Shown here piece after piece: positions 39,602 to 56,942 of a DNA stretch of 64,000 nt. Under the pieces are notes generated by a model, which had not been told where the DNA came from, searched no databases, and saw nothing but the letters and a program-made list of their open reading frames with translations. The stretch is from Escherichia coli (GTDB lineage: Bacteria > Pseudomonadota > Gammaproteobacteria > Enterobacterales > Enterobacteriaceae). Location of the stretch: NCBI RefSeq assembly GCF_013122565.1, contig NZ_CP053258.1; one strand, given 5' to 3'. The position numbers and the translations under genes were made by a program. The stretch's first letter is position 1. Each line of letters starts with the position of its first letter.

Positions 39602-40426
39602 ATGGTCGCACCCATTCCCGCGAAACGCGGCAGAAAACCCGCCGTTGCCACCGCACCAGCGACTGGACAGGTTCAGTCTTTAACGCGTGGCCTGAAATTA
39701 CTGGAGTGGATTGCCGAATCCAATGGCAGTGTGGCACTCACGGAACTGGCGCAACAAGCCGGGTTACCCAATTCCACGACCCACCGCCTGCTAACCACGA
39801 TGCAACAGCAGGGTTTCGTGCGTCAGGTCGGCGAACTGGGACATTGGGCAATCGGCGCACATGCCTTTATGGTCGGCAGCAGCTTTCTCCAGAGCCGTAA
39901 TTTGTTAGCAATTGTTCACCCTATCCTGCGCAATTTAATGGAAGAGTCTGGCGAAACGGTCAATATGGCGGTGCTTGATCAAAGCGATCACGAAGCGATT
40001 ATTATCGACCAGGTACAGTGTACGCATCTGATGCGAATGTCCGCGCCTATCGGCGGTAAATTGCCGATGCACGCTTCCGGTGCGGGTAAAGCCTTTTTAG
40101 CCCAACTGAGCGAAGAACAGGTGACGAAGCTGCTGCACCGCAAAGGGTTACATGCCTATACCCACGCAACGCTGGTGTCTCCTGTGCATTTAAAAGAAGA
40201 TCTCGCCCAAACGCGCAAACGGGGTTATTCATTTGACGATGAGGAACATGCGCTGGGGCTACGTTGCCTTGCAGCGTGTATTTTCGATGAGCACCGTGAA
40301 CCGTTTGCCGCAATTTCTATTTCCGGACCGATTTCACGTATTACCGATGACCGCGTGACCGAGTTTGGCGCGATGGTGATTAAAGCGGCGAAGGAAGTGA
40401 CGCTGGCCTATGGCGGGATGCGGTGA
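39602..40426 (+). CDS. iclR: Glyoxylate-shunt repressor IclR
   Basis: ORF-track entry 39563-40426; start at ATG 39602 with RBS aaaggag (MVAPIPAKRGRKPAVATAPATGQVQSLTRGLKLLEW...), 274 aa. Confidence 0.95.
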   Translation: MVAPIPAKRGRKPAVATAPATGQVQSLTRGLKLLEWIAESNGSVALTELAQQAGLPNSTTHRLLTTMQQQGFVRQVGELGHWAIGAHAFMVGSSFLQSRNLLAIVHPILRNLMEESGETVNMAVLDQSDHEAIIIDQVQCTHLMRMSAPIGGKLPMHASGAGKAFLAQLSEEQVTKLLHRKGLHAYTHATLVSPVHLKEDLAQTRKRGYSFDDEEHALGLRCLAACIFDEHREPFAAISISGPISRITDDRVTEFGAMVIKAAKEVTLAYGGMR

Positions 40427-40442
40427 CATTTTCGCTTCTGAT

Positions 40443-42167
<1,725 letters not shown>

Positions 42168-42193
42168 TTAGCGCCCTCATCAAGAGCAAAGAA

Positions 42194-42238
42194 TTGCCGG
42201 ATGCGGCGTGAACGCCTTATCCGGCCTACAGTCAGCAA
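42194..42238. repeat. REP element in the aceA-aceK intergenic region
   Basis: gccggatgcggcgtgaacgccttatccggcctaca. Confidence 0.6.
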
Positions 42239-42251
42239 CGGTTGTTGTTGC

Positions 42252-43556
42252 TTAGAACTGCGATTCTTCGGTGGAGCCAGTTAGCGCGGTAACTGACGAC
42301 GTACCGCCCTGAATAATGGTCGTCACTTTATCGAAATAACCTGTACCCACTTCCTGCTGGTGAGATACGAAGGTATAGCCATCTTTCGCAGCGGCAAATT
42401 CCGGCTGCTGCACTTTCTCAACATAGTGCTTCATACCCTCGCCCTGGGCATAGGCGTTTGCCAGGTCGAACATGTTGAACCACATGCTGTGGATACCTGC
42501 CAGGGTGATGAACTGGAACTTGTAGCCCATATCCGACAGCTGCTGCTGGAAGCTGGCAATAGTTTTGTCGTCGAGGTTTTTCTGCCAGTTGAACGACGGC
42601 GAGCAGTTATAAGCCAGCAGTTTGCCTGGATATTTCGCGTGGATAGCTTGTGCAAAGCGACGCGCCAGTTCCAGATCCGGCGTGGAGGTTTCACACCATA
42701 CCAGGTCAGCATATGGCGCATACGCCAGGCCACGGCTGATCGCTTGCTCAATGCCCGCATGAGTACGGAAGAAGCCTTCACTGGTACGCTCGCCGGTAAT
42801 AAATTCGCTGTCATACGGGTCGCAATCGGAGGTGATCAGATCCGCCGCATCGGCATCGGTACGAGCAACCAGCAGAGTCGGAACGCCCGTCACGTCAGCC
42901 GCCAGACGCGCCGCAACCAGTTTCTGAATAGCTTCCTGAGTTGGCACCAAAACTTTGCCGCCCATGTGACCGCATTTCTTCACTGACGCCAGCTGATCTT
43001 CGAAGTGAACTGCCGCTGCACCGGCTTCAATCATCGCTTTCATCAGTTCAAAGGCATTCAGGACACCGCCAAAACCGGCTTCCGCATCGGCAACGATCGG
43101 CAGGAAGTAATCGACATAGCGCGGATCGCCCGGCTCAATACCCGCGGACCATTGGATCTGATCCGCACGGCGGAAGGTGTTGTTGATCCGCTCCACCACA
43201 GCTGGCACCGAGTTTGCCGGATAGAGCGACTGATCCGGATACATGCTGGCCGCCAGGTTAGCGTCCGCCGCTACCTGCCATCCCGACAGATAGACCGCTT
43301 CAATACCCGCTTTCGCCTGTTGCAGCGCCTGACCGCCAGTCAGTGCACCGAGGCTGTTGATGTAGCCTTTTTTCGACTCGCCATGCAGCAGACGCCACAT
43401 TTTCGCCGCGCCCAGTTGCGCCAGCGTGCATTCAGGATTGACTGAACCGCGTAATTTCACCACATCTTCCGCGCTGTATGGGCGAGTAATGCCTTCCCAA
43501 CGCGGTTGAGTCCACTCTTTCTGTAATTCTTCAATTTGTTGTGTACGGGTTTTCAT
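42252..43556 (-). CDS. aceA: Isocitrate lyase
   Basis: ORF-track entry 42252-43571; start at ATG 43554-43556 ([23 protein letters not shown]...), 434 aa. Confidence 0.97.
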   Translation of the reverse strand: MKTRTQQIEELQKEWTQPRWEGITRPYSAEDVVKLRGSVNPECTLAQLGAAKMWRLLHGESKKGYINSLGALTGGQALQQAKAGIEAVYLSGWQVAADANLAASMYPDQSLYPANSVPAVVERINNTFRRADQIQWSAGIEPGDPRYVDYFLPIVADAEAGFGGVLNAFELMKAMIEAGAAAVHFEDQLASVKKCGHMGGKVLVPTQEAIQKLVAARLAADVTGVPTLLVARTDADAADLITSDCDPYDSEFITGERTSEGFFRTHAGIEQAISRGLAYAPYADLVWCETSTPDLELARRFAQAIHAKYPGKLLAYNCSPSFNWQKNLDDKTIASFQQQLSDMGYKFQFITLAGIHSMWFNMFDLANAYAQGEGMKHYVEKVQQPEFAAAKDGYTFVSHQQEVGTGYFDKVTTIIQGGTSSVTALTGSTEESQF

Positions 43557-43585
43557 GTGCAGATGCTCCATAGTTATGTGGTGGT

Positions 43586-45187
43586 TTACGCTAACAGGCG
43601 GTAGCCTGGCAGGGTCAGGAAATCAATTAACTCATCGGAAGTGGTGATCTGTTCCATCAAGCGTGCGGCATCGTCAAAACGCCCCTGGGAGAAACGTTCT
43701 TCGCCCAGTTCGCTGGCAATGACTTTCATCTCTTCGCCCAGCATCTGGCGGAACAAGGCTTTGGTCACCGGTTTGCCATTGCTCAACGTTTTTTGATGAT
43801 GGATCCACTGCCAGATTGAGGTACGGGAAATTTCAGCCGTCGCCGCATCTTCCATCAGGCCATAAATCGGCACGCAGCCGTTGCCGGAGATCCACGCTTC
43901 AATGTACTGCACAGCCACGCGAATGTTGGCGCGCATACCTTCTTCGGTGCGTTCACCATCACAAGGTGCCAGCAGCTGATCGGCAGTAATCGGCGCGTCT
44001 TGTTCGCGCAATACTTCAAGCTGATTTTTACGGGAGCCGAGAATGTCGTTGAATACCGCCATTGCCGTGTCCGCAAGGCCTGGGTGAGCGATCCATGTGC
44101 CATCGTGACCGTTATTGGCTTCCAGCGCTTTATCCGCTTTTACTTTGTTGAGCACCTGGTTATTACGCTCTTCATCTTTGCTCGGAATAAACGCCGCCAT
44201 GCCGCCCATCGCAAAAGCACCGCGTTTATGGCAGGTTTTAATCAACAGGCGTGAGTAAGCATTCAGGAAGGGTTTATCCATCGTCACTGCCTGTCTGTCT
44301 GGCAGGACGCGATCGGGATAGTTTTTCAACGTTTTGATATAACTGAAGATGTAATCCCAACGACCGCAGTTCAGACCAACAATATGGTCACGCAGCGCGT
44401 GAATGATTTCATCCATCTGGAACACGGCGGGCAGCGTTTCAATCAGCAACGTCGCCTTGATGGTGCCGCGCGGCAGATTAAAGCGATCTTCTGCATAGCT
44501 GAAGACTTCACTCCACCAGGCCGCTTCCTGCCAGGACTGGGTTTTCGGCAGATAGAAATAGGGACCGCTGCCCTTTGCCAACAGTGCCTGATAGTTGTGG
44601 AAGAAATAGAGCGCAAAATCAAACAGGCTACCGGGGATTGCCTCACCACGCCAGGTGACATGTTTTTCCGGCAAGTGCAGACCGCGTACCCGACAAATCA
44701 AAACCGCTGGATTGGGCTTGAGCTGATAAATTTTGCCTGCTTCATTCGTGTAACTGATGGTGCCGTTAACCGCATCGCGCAGGTTAATTTGCCCGTCGAT
44801 CACTTTGTTCCAGTCTGGTGCCAGTGAATCTTCGAAATCGGCCATAAAGACTTTCACATTGGCGTTCAGTGCGTTGATCACCATCTTGCGCTCAACCGGG
44901 CCAGTTATCTCGACTCGACGATCTTGTAAGTCCGCAGGAATACCACGAATTTTCCAGCCTGCATCACGAATGGAAGCTGTTTCCGAAATAAAATCAGGCA
45001 ACGTTCCGTTATCGATATCCTGCTGCTGCTGAATGCGCGCTGCCAGAAGTTTATTGCGTTGTGGCGTAAAATGCGTCACCAGCTCAGTCAGAAATTCTAC
45101 CGCTTCGGCAGTAAGAATTTGCTTCTCCTGCTCGCCATACGGCCTTGTGAAAGCCAGTTCATCGGTTGTTGTTGCCTGTTCAGTCAT
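43586..45187 (-). CDS. aceB: Malate synthase A
   Basis: ORF-track entry 43586-45205; start at ATG 45185-45187 ([25 protein letters not shown]...), 533 aa. Confidence 0.97.
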   Translation of the reverse strand: MTEQATTTDELAFTRPYGEQEKQILTAEAVEFLTELVTHFTPQRNKLLAARIQQQQDIDNGTLPDFISETASIRDAGWKIRGIPADLQDRRVEITGPVERKMVINALNANVKVFMADFEDSLAPDWNKVIDGQINLRDAVNGTISYTNEAGKIYQLKPNPAVLICRVRGLHLPEKHVTWRGEAIPGSLFDFALYFFHNYQALLAKGSGPYFYLPKTQSWQEAAWWSEVFSYAEDRFNLPRGTIKATLLIETLPAVFQMDEIIHALRDHIVGLNCGRWDYIFSYIKTLKNYPDRVLPDRQAVTMDKPFLNAYSRLLIKTCHKRGAFAMGGMAAFIPSKDEERNNQVLNKVKADKALEANNGHDGTWIAHPGLADTAMAVFNDILGSRKNQLEVLREQDAPITADQLLAPCDGERTEEGMRANIRVAVQYIEAWISGNGCVPIYGLMEDAATAEISRTSIWQWIHHQKTLSNGKPVTKALFRQMLGEEMKVIASELGEERFSQGRFDDAARLMEQITTSDELIDFLTLPGYRLLA

Positions 45188-45384
45188 CGTGCAGCTCCTC
45201 GTCATGGATCCGAAAACTTCCCCACTGTGAACGAAGGATCGTTGTGCGCTTTTCGTTCAGCACAACTAAGACTACTCATTTAAAATGCAAAATCAAAAAC
45301 AATTTCCATTTTAATTAAAAATACTTGATAACTTATTGATAACAATATAAATAAAATTTATTCACCTACTGAGGTGCGTTTCGG

Positions 45385-45412
45385 AAATAAAAAAGGCACC
45401 CGAAGGTGCCTG
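45385..45412 (-). terminator. Rho-independent terminator downstream of metA
   Basis: Minus-strand RNA forms ggcaccttcgggtgcc hairpin followed by uuuuuu. Confidence 0.65.
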
Positions 45413-45455
45413 AGGTAAGGTGCTGAATCGCTTAACGATCGACTATTACAGAAGA

Positions 45456-46385
45456 TTAATCCAGCGTTGGATTCATGTGCCGTAGATCGTATGGCGTGAT
45501 CTGGTAGACGTAATAGTTGAGCCAGTTGGTAAACAGCAAATTACCGTGACTACGCCAGCTCGCTCGCGGTTTGTTTTGCGGATCATTGTGCGGGAAATAG
45601 TTATACGGTACTTCCGGGTCTAGTCCGGCTTCCACATCGCGGAAATATTCTTGCGCCAGCGTTTGCGCATCATATTCGGGATGGCCCGTCACAAAGGCAA
45701 TGCGCTTATCTTTGCTGGCAAACAGATATGCATCCCCTCCTTCCGTCTCTGCCAGAATTTCCAGATCGGTGTAATCACGAATCAACGCTGCCGGAAAGTC
45801 AGCATAGCGCGAATGCGGTGCCAGGAATGAATCATCAAAGCCACGCGTCAGAAGCGCATGAGGATGGAGAATATGATGCTCGTAAACGCCAGAGAGTTTG
45901 TCGGTGCGAGTTTGCTTAGGAATGCCGTAGAGGATATTGAGCGCGGCCTGTACCGCCCAGCAGACAAACAGCGTCGAGGTGACGTGATCTTTCGACCACT
46001 CCAGCACCTGTTTGATCTGCGGCCAGTAAGCGACATCATTAAACTCTACCAGGCCCAGCGGCGCACCAGTTACAATCAAACCGTCAAAGTTCTGATCCTG
46101 AATATCTTCAAAGTTACAGTAGAAGTTATTCAGATGCTCTGCGGGCGTGTTGCGCGACTCGCGGGAATCGATGCGCAACAGCTGAATATCGACCTGCAAA
46201 GGCGAGTTTGAAAGCAGGCGCAGAAATTGATTTTCAGTTTCAATCTTCTTCGGCATCAGGTTAAGGATAAGCACCTTTAGCGGACGAATTTCCTGACCAG
46301 ACGCACGAGAAGTTGTCATCACAAAGACGTTTTCTTCACGCAAGAAATTGACGGCGGGTAGCTCGTCCGGCACACGAATCGGCAT
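45456..46385 (-). CDS. metA: Homoserine O-succinyltransferase
   Basis: 309-aa [48 protein letters not shown]... Confidence 0.95.
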   Translation of the reverse strand: MPIRVPDELPAVNFLREENVFVMTTSRASGQEIRPLKVLILNLMPKKIETENQFLRLLSNSPLQVDIQLLRIDSRESRNTPAEHLNNFYCNFEDIQDQNFDGLIVTGAPLGLVEFNDVAYWPQIKQVLEWSKDHVTSTLFVCWAVQAALNILYGIPKQTRTDKLSGVYEHHILHPHALLTRGFDDSFLAPHSRYADFPAALIRDYTDLEILAETEGGDAYLFASKDKRIAFVTGHPEYDAQTLAQEYFRDVEAGLDPEVPYNYFPHNDPQNKPRASWRSHGNLLFTNWLNYYVYQITPYDLRHMNPTLD

Positions 46386-46541
46386 AACCTGATTACCTCA
46401 CTACATACGCTTATACGTTTAGACATCCAGATAGCTGAAGATAACCAGAAAATTTGCCAATGTCGAGCCTGCATGTTGAAGGTGAGAAAGTTTCAAGGAA
46501 AAGACTACGTTAGAATATAAGAATGACTAAAAGGAGTGAAA

Positions 46542-46985
46542 ATGGTTATTAGTATTCGCCGCTCACGGTATGAGGAAGGGGAGGAACTCGTTGCGATTTG
46601 GTGTCGATCTGTCGATGCCACCCACGATTTTTTATCAGCAGAGTATCGGGCCGAGCTGGAAGAGCTGGTTCGTTCCTTTCTGCCGGAAGCACCGTTGTGG
46701 GTCGCGGTTAATGAACGGGATCAGCTGGTTGGGTTTATGTTGTTAAGTGGGCAGCATATGGATGCGCTGTTTATCGATCCTGATGTGCGCGGCTGCGGCG
46801 TGGGTCGGATGCTGGTGGAGCATGCGCTCTCGATGGCACCGGAACTGACAACCAACGTTAATGAGCAAAATGAGCAGGCGGTTGGGTTCTATAAGAAGGT
46901 GGGTTTTAAGGTTACTGGACGCTCTGAGGTGGACGATTTGGGGAAACCGTATCCGTTGCTGAATCTGGCGTATGTGGGGGAATAA
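46542..46985 (+). CDS. yjaB: GNAT-family N-acetyltransferase
   Basis: ORF-track entry 46536-46985 starts at GTG; ATG 46542 with RBS aaggag gives MVISIRRSRYEEGEELVAIW..., 147 aa. Confidence 0.9.
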   Translation: MVISIRRSRYEEGEELVAIWCRSVDATHDFLSAEYRAELEELVRSFLPEAPLWVAVNERDQLVGFMLLSGQHMDALFIDPDVRGCGVGRMLVEHALSMAPELTTNVNEQNEQAVGFYKKVGFKVTGRSEVDDLGKPYPLLNLAYVGE

Positions 46986-47068
46986 GCTGCCCCCTATCGT
47001 GCTATCGTGCCTGCGTAAGCTGGATAAGACGCGCCAGCGTCGCATCCGGCATTTTTTTCTGCGCCAAT

Positions 47069-47096
47069 GCAAAAAGGCCATCCGTCAGGATGGCCT
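47069..47096 (-). terminator. rrnE operon terminator
   Basis: Minus-strand RNA forms aggccatcctgacggatggcct hairpin followed by uuuuu, immediately 3' of the 5S rRNA; a REP-like element lies adjacent at about 47010-47052. Confidence 0.65.
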
Positions 47097-47109
47097 TTCG
47101 CTTAATTTG

Positions 47110-47229
47110 ATGCCTGGCAGTTCCCTACTCTCGCATGGGGAGACCCCACACTACCATCGGCGCTACGGCGTTTCACTTCTGAGTTCGGCATGGGGTCAGG
47201 TGGGACCACCGCGCTACGGCCGCCAGGCA
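47110..47229 (-). rRNA. rrfE: 5S ribosomal RNA
   Basis: 120-nt reverse complement matches the E. coli 5S sequence (ugccuggcggccguagcgcggugg...gggaacugccaggcau). Confidence 0.95.
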
Positions 47230-47323
47230 AATTCTGTTTTATTAACCCGCTTATCGCCGGTTAATGTAATCTGTATCAGGCTGAAAATCTTCTCTCAATC
47301 CGCCAAAACATCTTCGGCGTTGT

Positions 47324-50227
<2,904 letters not shown>

Positions 50228-50411
50228 TCACAACCCGAAGATGTTTCACTTCAGAGTTGCGAAAATTTGAGAGACTCACGAACAACATTCGTTGTTCAGT
50301 GTTTCAATTTTCAGCTTGATCCAGATTTTTAAAGAGCAAATATCTCAAACATCACCCGAAGATGAGTTTTGAGATATTGAGGTCGGCGACTTTCACTCAC
50401 AAACCAGCAAG

Positions 50412-50487
50412 TGGCGTCCCCTAGGGGATTCGAACCCCTGTTACCGCCGTGAAAGGGCGGTGTCCTGGGCCTCTAGACGAAGGGGAC
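50412..50487 (-). tRNA. gltV: tRNA-Glu (UUC) in the 16S-23S spacer
   Basis: 76-nt reverse complement gtccccttcgtctagaggcccaggacaccgccctttcacggcggtaacaggggttcgaatcccctaggggacgcca. Confidence 0.95.
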
Positions 50488-50572
50488 GTATCAGTCTGCT
50501 TCGCAAGACGCCTTGCTTTTCACTTTCTATCAGACAATCTGTGTGAGCACTGCAAAGTACAGTTCTTTAAGG

Positions 50573-52114
<1,542 letters not shown>

Positions 52115-52289
52115 AAAAGTTTGATGCTCAAAGAATTAAACTTCGTAATGAATTACGTGTTCACTCTTGAGACTTGGTATTCATTTTTCGTCTTGCGACG
52201 TTAAGAATCCGTATCTTCGAGTGCCCACACAGATTGTCTGATAAATTGTTAAAGAGCAGTTGCGACGCGGCTTTAGCGCACTGTCGCGA

Positions 52290-52445
52290 GGTGGCGTATA
52301 TTACGCTTTCCTCTTTCAGAGTCAACCCTGAATTTCAGGATTTTTCTCTTCAACCGAACCGGCTGTTTGTGTGAAGTGATTCACATCCGCCGTGTCGATG
52401 GAGGCGCATTATAGGGAGTTCTCCGCAGGCCGCAATAGAAAAATT
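52290..52445 (-). promoter_or_regulatory. rrnE tandem promoters P1 and P2
   Basis: Minus strand reads ttgactctgaaagaggaaagcgtaatatacgccacctcgcgacagtgcgc (P2: -35 ttgact, -10 taatat) and ttgcggcctgcggagaactccctataatgcgcctcc (P1: -35 ttgcgg, -10 tataat, GC-rich discriminator), with an A/T-rich UP-like region further upstream. Confidence 0.75.
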
Positions 52446-52605
52446 GCAGAAAAATGACTGACTGCTGCATTCCCCAGCAAAACCCCGCTTTATACCTTTT
52501 TACGCACAGAGTTATCCACAATCATCAATGTAATTTCTGTATTTTTCCCACGGTAACCACTGTCAAAATTGTGATCACCATTGAAAGAGAAAAATTCGCG
52601 AGCGT

Positions 52606-52623
52606 TGCGCAAACGTTTTCGTT
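52606..52623 (+). promoter_or_regulatory. PurR operator (PUR box) in the purHD promoter
   Basis: tgcgcaaacgttttcgtt contains the near-palindromic CGCAAACGTTTTCG PurR core about 110 bp upstream of purH. Confidence 0.65.
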
Positions 52624-52729
52624 ACAATGCGGGCGAAAAATAAGGATGCCCCGTTAGGGGCGTTAGCTGAGTTTTTCGCGAAAAATTCAGCTAACGCTCT
52701 CTGTAATAGTCAAATCCAGGGGATTTACC

Positions 52730-54319
52730 ATGCAACAACGTCGTCCAGTCCGCCGCGCTCTGCTCAGTGTTTCTGACAAAGCCGGTATCGTCGAATTCGC
52801 CCAGGCACTTTCCACACGCGGTGTGGAGCTGCTGTCTACAGGGGGCACTGCCCGTCTGTTAGCAGAAAAAGGTCTGCCGGTAACCGAAGTTTCCGATTAC
52901 ACCGGTTTCCCGGAGATGATGGATGGACGCGTGAAGACCCTGCATCCGAAAGTACATGGTGGCATTCTGGGCCGTCGCGGCCAGGACGATGCCATTATGG
53001 AAGAACATCAGATCCAGCCTATCGATATGGTGGTTGTTAACCTGTATCCGTTCGCCCAGACCGTTGCTCGTGAAGGCTGCTCGCTGGAAGATGCGGTTGA
53101 GAACATCGATATCGGCGGCCCGACCATGGTGCGCTCCGCCGCTAAGAACCATAAAGATGTCGCAATCGTGGTGAAGAGCAGCGACTACGACGCCATTATT
53201 AAAGAGATGGATGCCAACGAAGGATCGCTGACGCTTGCAACCCGTTTCGACCTCGCCATCAAAGCCTTCGAACACACTGCCGCCTACGACAGTATGATTG
53301 CCAACTACTTCGGCAGCATGGTTCCGGCTTACCACGGTGAAAGCAAAGAAGCCGCAGGCCGCTTCCCGCGCACGCTGAACCTGAACTTCATTAAGAAGCA
53401 GGATATGCGTTACGGCGAGAACAGCCACCAGCAGGCTGCCTTCTATATAGAAGAGAATGTGAAAGAAGCCTCCGTTGCTACCGCAACCCAGGTTCAGGGT
53501 AAAGCCCTCTCTTATAACAACATCGCCGACACCGATGCGGCGCTGGAGTGCGTGAAAGAGTTCGCCGAGCCGGCATGTGTGATTGTGAAGCACGCCAACC
53601 CTTGCGGCGTGGCTATCGGCAATTCCATTCTTGACGCTTACGATCGCGCGTACAAAACCGACCCGACCTCCGCATTCGGCGGCATCATTGCCTTTAACCG
53701 CGAGCTGGATGCGGAAACCGCGCAGGCCATCATTTCTCGTCAGTTTGTTGAAGTGATCATTGCGCCATCCGCCAGCGAAGAAGCCCTGAAAATCACCGCC
53801 GCCAAACAAAACGTTCGTGTCCTGACCTGTGGTCAGTGGGGCGAGCGTGTTCCGGGTCTTGATTTCAAACGCGTAAACGGCGGTTTGCTGGTTCAGGATC
53901 GCGATCTGGGGATGGTCGGCGCAGAAGAGCTGCGCGTCGTGACCAAACGTCAGCCGAGTGAACAGGAACTGCGTGATGCGCTGTTCTGCTGGAAAGTGGC
54001 GAAGTTCGTGAAATCCAATGCTATCGTCTATGCCAAAAACAATATGACCATCGGTATTGGCGCGGGCCAGATGAGCCGCGTGTACTCCGCGAAAATCGCC
54101 GGTATTAAAGCTGCCGATGAAGGCCTGGAAGTGAAAGGTTCCTCGATGGCTTCTGACGCGTTCTTCCCGTTCCGCGACGGTATTGATGCCGCCGCCGCTG
54201 CAGGCGTGACCTGTGTAATCCAGCCTGGCGGTTCTATCCGTGATGACGAAGTGATTGCTGCCGCCGACGAGCACGGTATTGCGATGCTCTTCACCGACAT
54301 GCGCCACTTCCGCCATTAA
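52730..54319 (+). CDS. purH: Bifunctional AICAR transformylase / IMP cyclohydrolase
   Basis: 529-aa [44 protein letters not shown]... Confidence 0.97.
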   Translation: MQQRRPVRRALLSVSDKAGIVEFAQALSTRGVELLSTGGTARLLAEKGLPVTEVSDYTGFPEMMDGRVKTLHPKVHGGILGRRGQDDAIMEEHQIQPIDMVVVNLYPFAQTVAREGCSLEDAVENIDIGGPTMVRSAAKNHKDVAIVVKSSDYDAIIKEMDANEGSLTLATRFDLAIKAFEHTAAYDSMIANYFGSMVPAYHGESKEAAGRFPRTLNLNFIKKQDMRYGENSHQQAAFYIEENVKEASVATATQVQGKALSYNNIADTDAALECVKEFAEPACVIVKHANPCGVAIGNSILDAYDRAYKTDPTSAFGGIIAFNRELDAETAQAIISRQFVEVIIAPSASEEALKITAAKQNVRVLTCGQWGERVPGLDFKRVNGGLLVQDRDLGMVGAEELRVVTKRQPSEQELRDALFCWKVAKFVKSNAIVYAKNNMTIGIGAGQMSRVYSAKIAGIKAADEGLEVKGSSMASDAFFPFRDGIDAAAAAGVTCVIQPGGSIRDDEVIAAADEHGIAMLFTDMRHFRH

Positions 54320-54330
54320 TGGAGCAATAG

Positions 54331-55620
54331 ATGAAAGTATTAGTGATTGGTAACGGCGGGCGCGAGCACGCGCTGGCCTGGAAAGCGGCCCAGTCGCCGC
54401 TGGTTGAGACTGTTTTTGTTGCTCCGGGTAATGCAGGCACTGCGCTGGAACCCGCGCTGCAAAACGTTGCTATCGGCGTGACCGATATCCCGGCGCTGTT
54501 GGATTTCGCACAAAACGAAAAGATTGATCTGACCATCGTCGGCCCGGAAGCGCCGCTGGTGAAAGGCGTGGTCGATACCTTCCGCGCCGCCGGGCTGAAA
54601 ATCTTCGGCCCAACCGCAGGTGCGGCCCAACTGGAAGGCTCAAAAGCGTTTACCAAAGATTTCCTGGCCCGCCATAAGATCCCTACGGCGGAATACCAGA
54701 ACTTCACCGAGGTAGAACCTGCGCTGGCGTATCTGCGTGAGAAAGGCGCGCCAATCGTCATTAAAGCTGACGGTCTGGCTGCCGGGAAAGGCGTTATCGT
54801 GGCGATGACGCTGGAAGAAGCGGAAGCGGCTGTTCACGATATGCTGGCGGGCAACGCGTTTGGAGATGCGGGTCATCGCATCGTTATCGAAGAGTTCCTC
54901 GATGGCGAAGAAGCGAGCTTTATCGTGATGGTGGACGGCGAGCATGTGCTGCCGATGGCCACCAGCCAGGATCACAAACGCGTAGGCGATAAAGATACCG
55001 GACCAAACACGGGCGGGATGGGCGCTTACTCCCCCGCGCCGGTAGTAACCGATGAAGTTCATCAGCGCACCATGGAACGTATTATCTGGCCAACAGTGAA
55101 AGGCATGGCGGCGGAAGGCAACACCTACACCGGTTTTCTCTACGCGGGCCTGATGATCGACAAACAGGGCAATCCGAAGGTTATTGAATTTAACTGCCGC
55201 TTTGGCGATCCGGAAACCCAGCCGATTATGCTGCGCATGAAGTCCGATCTTGTTGAACTCTGCCTGGCGGCCTGTGAAGGCAAGCTGGACGAGAAAACGT
55301 CAGAGTGGGATGAACGCGCTTCTCTCGGCGTGGTGATGGCAGCGGGCGGGTATCCGGGTGATTATCGCACCGGTGATGTGATCCACGGCCTGCCGCTGGA
55401 AGAAGTGGCAGGCGGCAAAGTGTTCCACGCGGGCACGAAACTGGCGGATAACGAGCAGGTAGTGACCAGCGGCGGGCGCGTACTGTGCGTCACCGCGCTG
55501 GGTCATACCGTAGCAGAAGCGCAGAAACGCGCCTATGACTTAATGACCGATATCCACTGGGACGACTGCTTCTGCCGGAAAGATATCGGCTGGCGCGCTA
55601 TCGAACGCGAGCAGAACTAA
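54331..55620 (+). CDS. purD: Phosphoribosylamine-glycine ligase
   Basis: 429-aa ORF MKVLVIGNGGREHALAWKAAQSPLVETVFVAPGNAGTA... Confidence 0.97.
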   Translation: MKVLVIGNGGREHALAWKAAQSPLVETVFVAPGNAGTALEPALQNVAIGVTDIPALLDFAQNEKIDLTIVGPEAPLVKGVVDTFRAAGLKIFGPTAGAAQLEGSKAFTKDFLARHKIPTAEYQNFTEVEPALAYLREKGAPIVIKADGLAAGKGVIVAMTLEEAEAAVHDMLAGNAFGDAGHRIVIEEFLDGEEASFIVMVDGEHVLPMATSQDHKRVGDKDTGPNTGGMGAYSPAPVVTDEVHQRTMERIIWPTVKGMAAEGNTYTGFLYAGLMIDKQGNPKVIEFNCRFGDPETQPIMLRMKSDLVELCLAACEGKLDEKTSEWDERASLGVVMAAGGYPGDYRTGDVIHGLPLEEVAGGKVFHAGTKLADNEQVVTSGGRVLCVTALGHTVAEAQKRAYDLMTDIHWDDCFCRKDIGWRAIEREQN

Positions 55621-56942
55621 CGCGACAGTTTTGCCAATAGCGTTTTGCGAGTGATCCCTAACTGACGGGCGGCTTCGGTTTTGTTGCCGCCCGTTTTCTC
55701 CAGCGCCGCCAGAATCACCTCTTTTTCCACTTCCACCAACGGCTGAATATCCTGACTTTGCCCCAGCGGGATCGGCGTACTGGCAATCGCCAGCGGCAGC
55801 TCGCGTTCGGAAATATATTCCCCAGTCAGCAGCACCACCGCCCGTTCCACCGCATTTTCCAGTTCACGAATATTTCCCGGCCAGTCGTAATGAATCAACA
55901 GATCCATCGCCTGGGGCGTAAAGCCTTTTACCGCCTTGCGATTACGTTCAGCAAAGCGCTGAAGAAAATGGCCAGCCAGCAGAGGAATATCTTCCCGCCG
56001 TTGCCGCAGCGACGGTACTTCAATCGCCACCACGTTCAGGCGATAGTAGAGATCCTGGCGAAAACGCCCGGCCTTTACCTCTGCGGCAAGATCGCGATGG
56101 GTCGCCGCAATCAGCCGGACATCAACCGAAATAGTCTGGTTGCTACCGACACGCTGAACTTCGCGTTCCTGAATCGCACGTAGCAGACGCACCTGCATCA
56201 TCGGCGAGATATCGCCAATTTCATCGAGAAACAGCGTGCCGCCGTCCGCCTCAACAAAGCGCCCTTCCCGGCGTTTATCGGCTCCAGTAAACGCCCCTTT
56301 TTCGTGACCGAACAATTCAGATTCCAGCAAGGATTCGTTGAGTGCCGCACAGTTGAGCGTTACCAGCGGTTTTTCGCTACGTGCGCTACTGGCGTGAATC
56401 GCCCTGGCGACCAGCTCTTTACCGGTGCCGGAATCGCCGTGGATCAGCACCGTGGCTTCCGATGGCGCGACGAGGGCGATTTCACTGAGCAGGTGTTGCA
56501 TCGCCGGGCTTTTACCGACCATACCGAACTGGCTGGCAGTCACCGCAGGTGTTTCAGCATCAATACTGTGCGTATGCGCGAGCGCCTTTTCCAGCGTCGC
56601 CTGTAGGTTATCGAAATCCAGCGGCTTGATGAGATAATCCAGCGCCCCAGTTTTCAGTGCCTCTACCGCCGTCTCGACGCTGGAGTACGCAGTCATAATC
56701 AGCACCGGAATTGCCGGGTTTAACGCTTTGATCTCTTTCAGCGTGGCGATGCCGTCCATCTCCGCCATTCGCACATCGCAAAGCACAAGATCAAAAACCT
56801 GTTCCCGCACCTGCTCCAGCGCCTGTCGCCCGCTGTTCGCCAGCGCGACGTTATAGCCCCAGCCGCGCAGTAAAGCCTGCAAAATAGTGCAGTGGCTAAT
56901 GTCATCATCCACCACCAGAATATCGATATTATCGTGCGTCAT
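55617..56942 (-). CDS. zraR: Sigma54-dependent two-component response regulator
   Basis: 441-aa ORF with receiver domain, AAA+ sigma54-activation domain ([14 protein letters not shown]) and C-terminal HTH; stop overlaps the purD stop by 4 nt (convergent). Confidence 0.95.
   Translation of the reverse strand: MTHDNIDILVVDDDISHCTILQALLRGWGYNVALANSGRQALEQVREQVFDLVLCDVRMAEMDGIATLKEIKALNPAIPVLIMTAYSSVETAVEALKTGALDYLIKPLDFDNLQATLEKALAHTHSIDAETPAVTASQFGMVGKSPAMQHLLSEIALVAPSEATVLIHGDSGTGKELVARAIHASSARSEKPLVTLNCAALNESLLESELFGHEKGAFTGADKRREGRFVEADGGTLFLDEIGDISPMMQVRLLRAIQEREVQRVGSNQTISVDVRLIAATHRDLAAEVKAGRFRQDLYYRLNVVAIEVPSLRQRREDIPLLAGHFLQRFAERNRKAVKGFTPQAMDLLIHYDWPGNIRELENAVERAVVLLTGEYISERELPLAIASTPIPLGQSQDIQPLVEVEKEVILAALEKTGGNKTEAARQLGITRKTLLAKLSR

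Noticed and set aside
52859-54316. 485-aa reverse-strand ORF spanning almost all of purH
   Set aside because: Entirely antisense to the well-supported purH gene, with no RBS and an Arg/Gly/His-rich composition typical of a GC-rich antisense frame.
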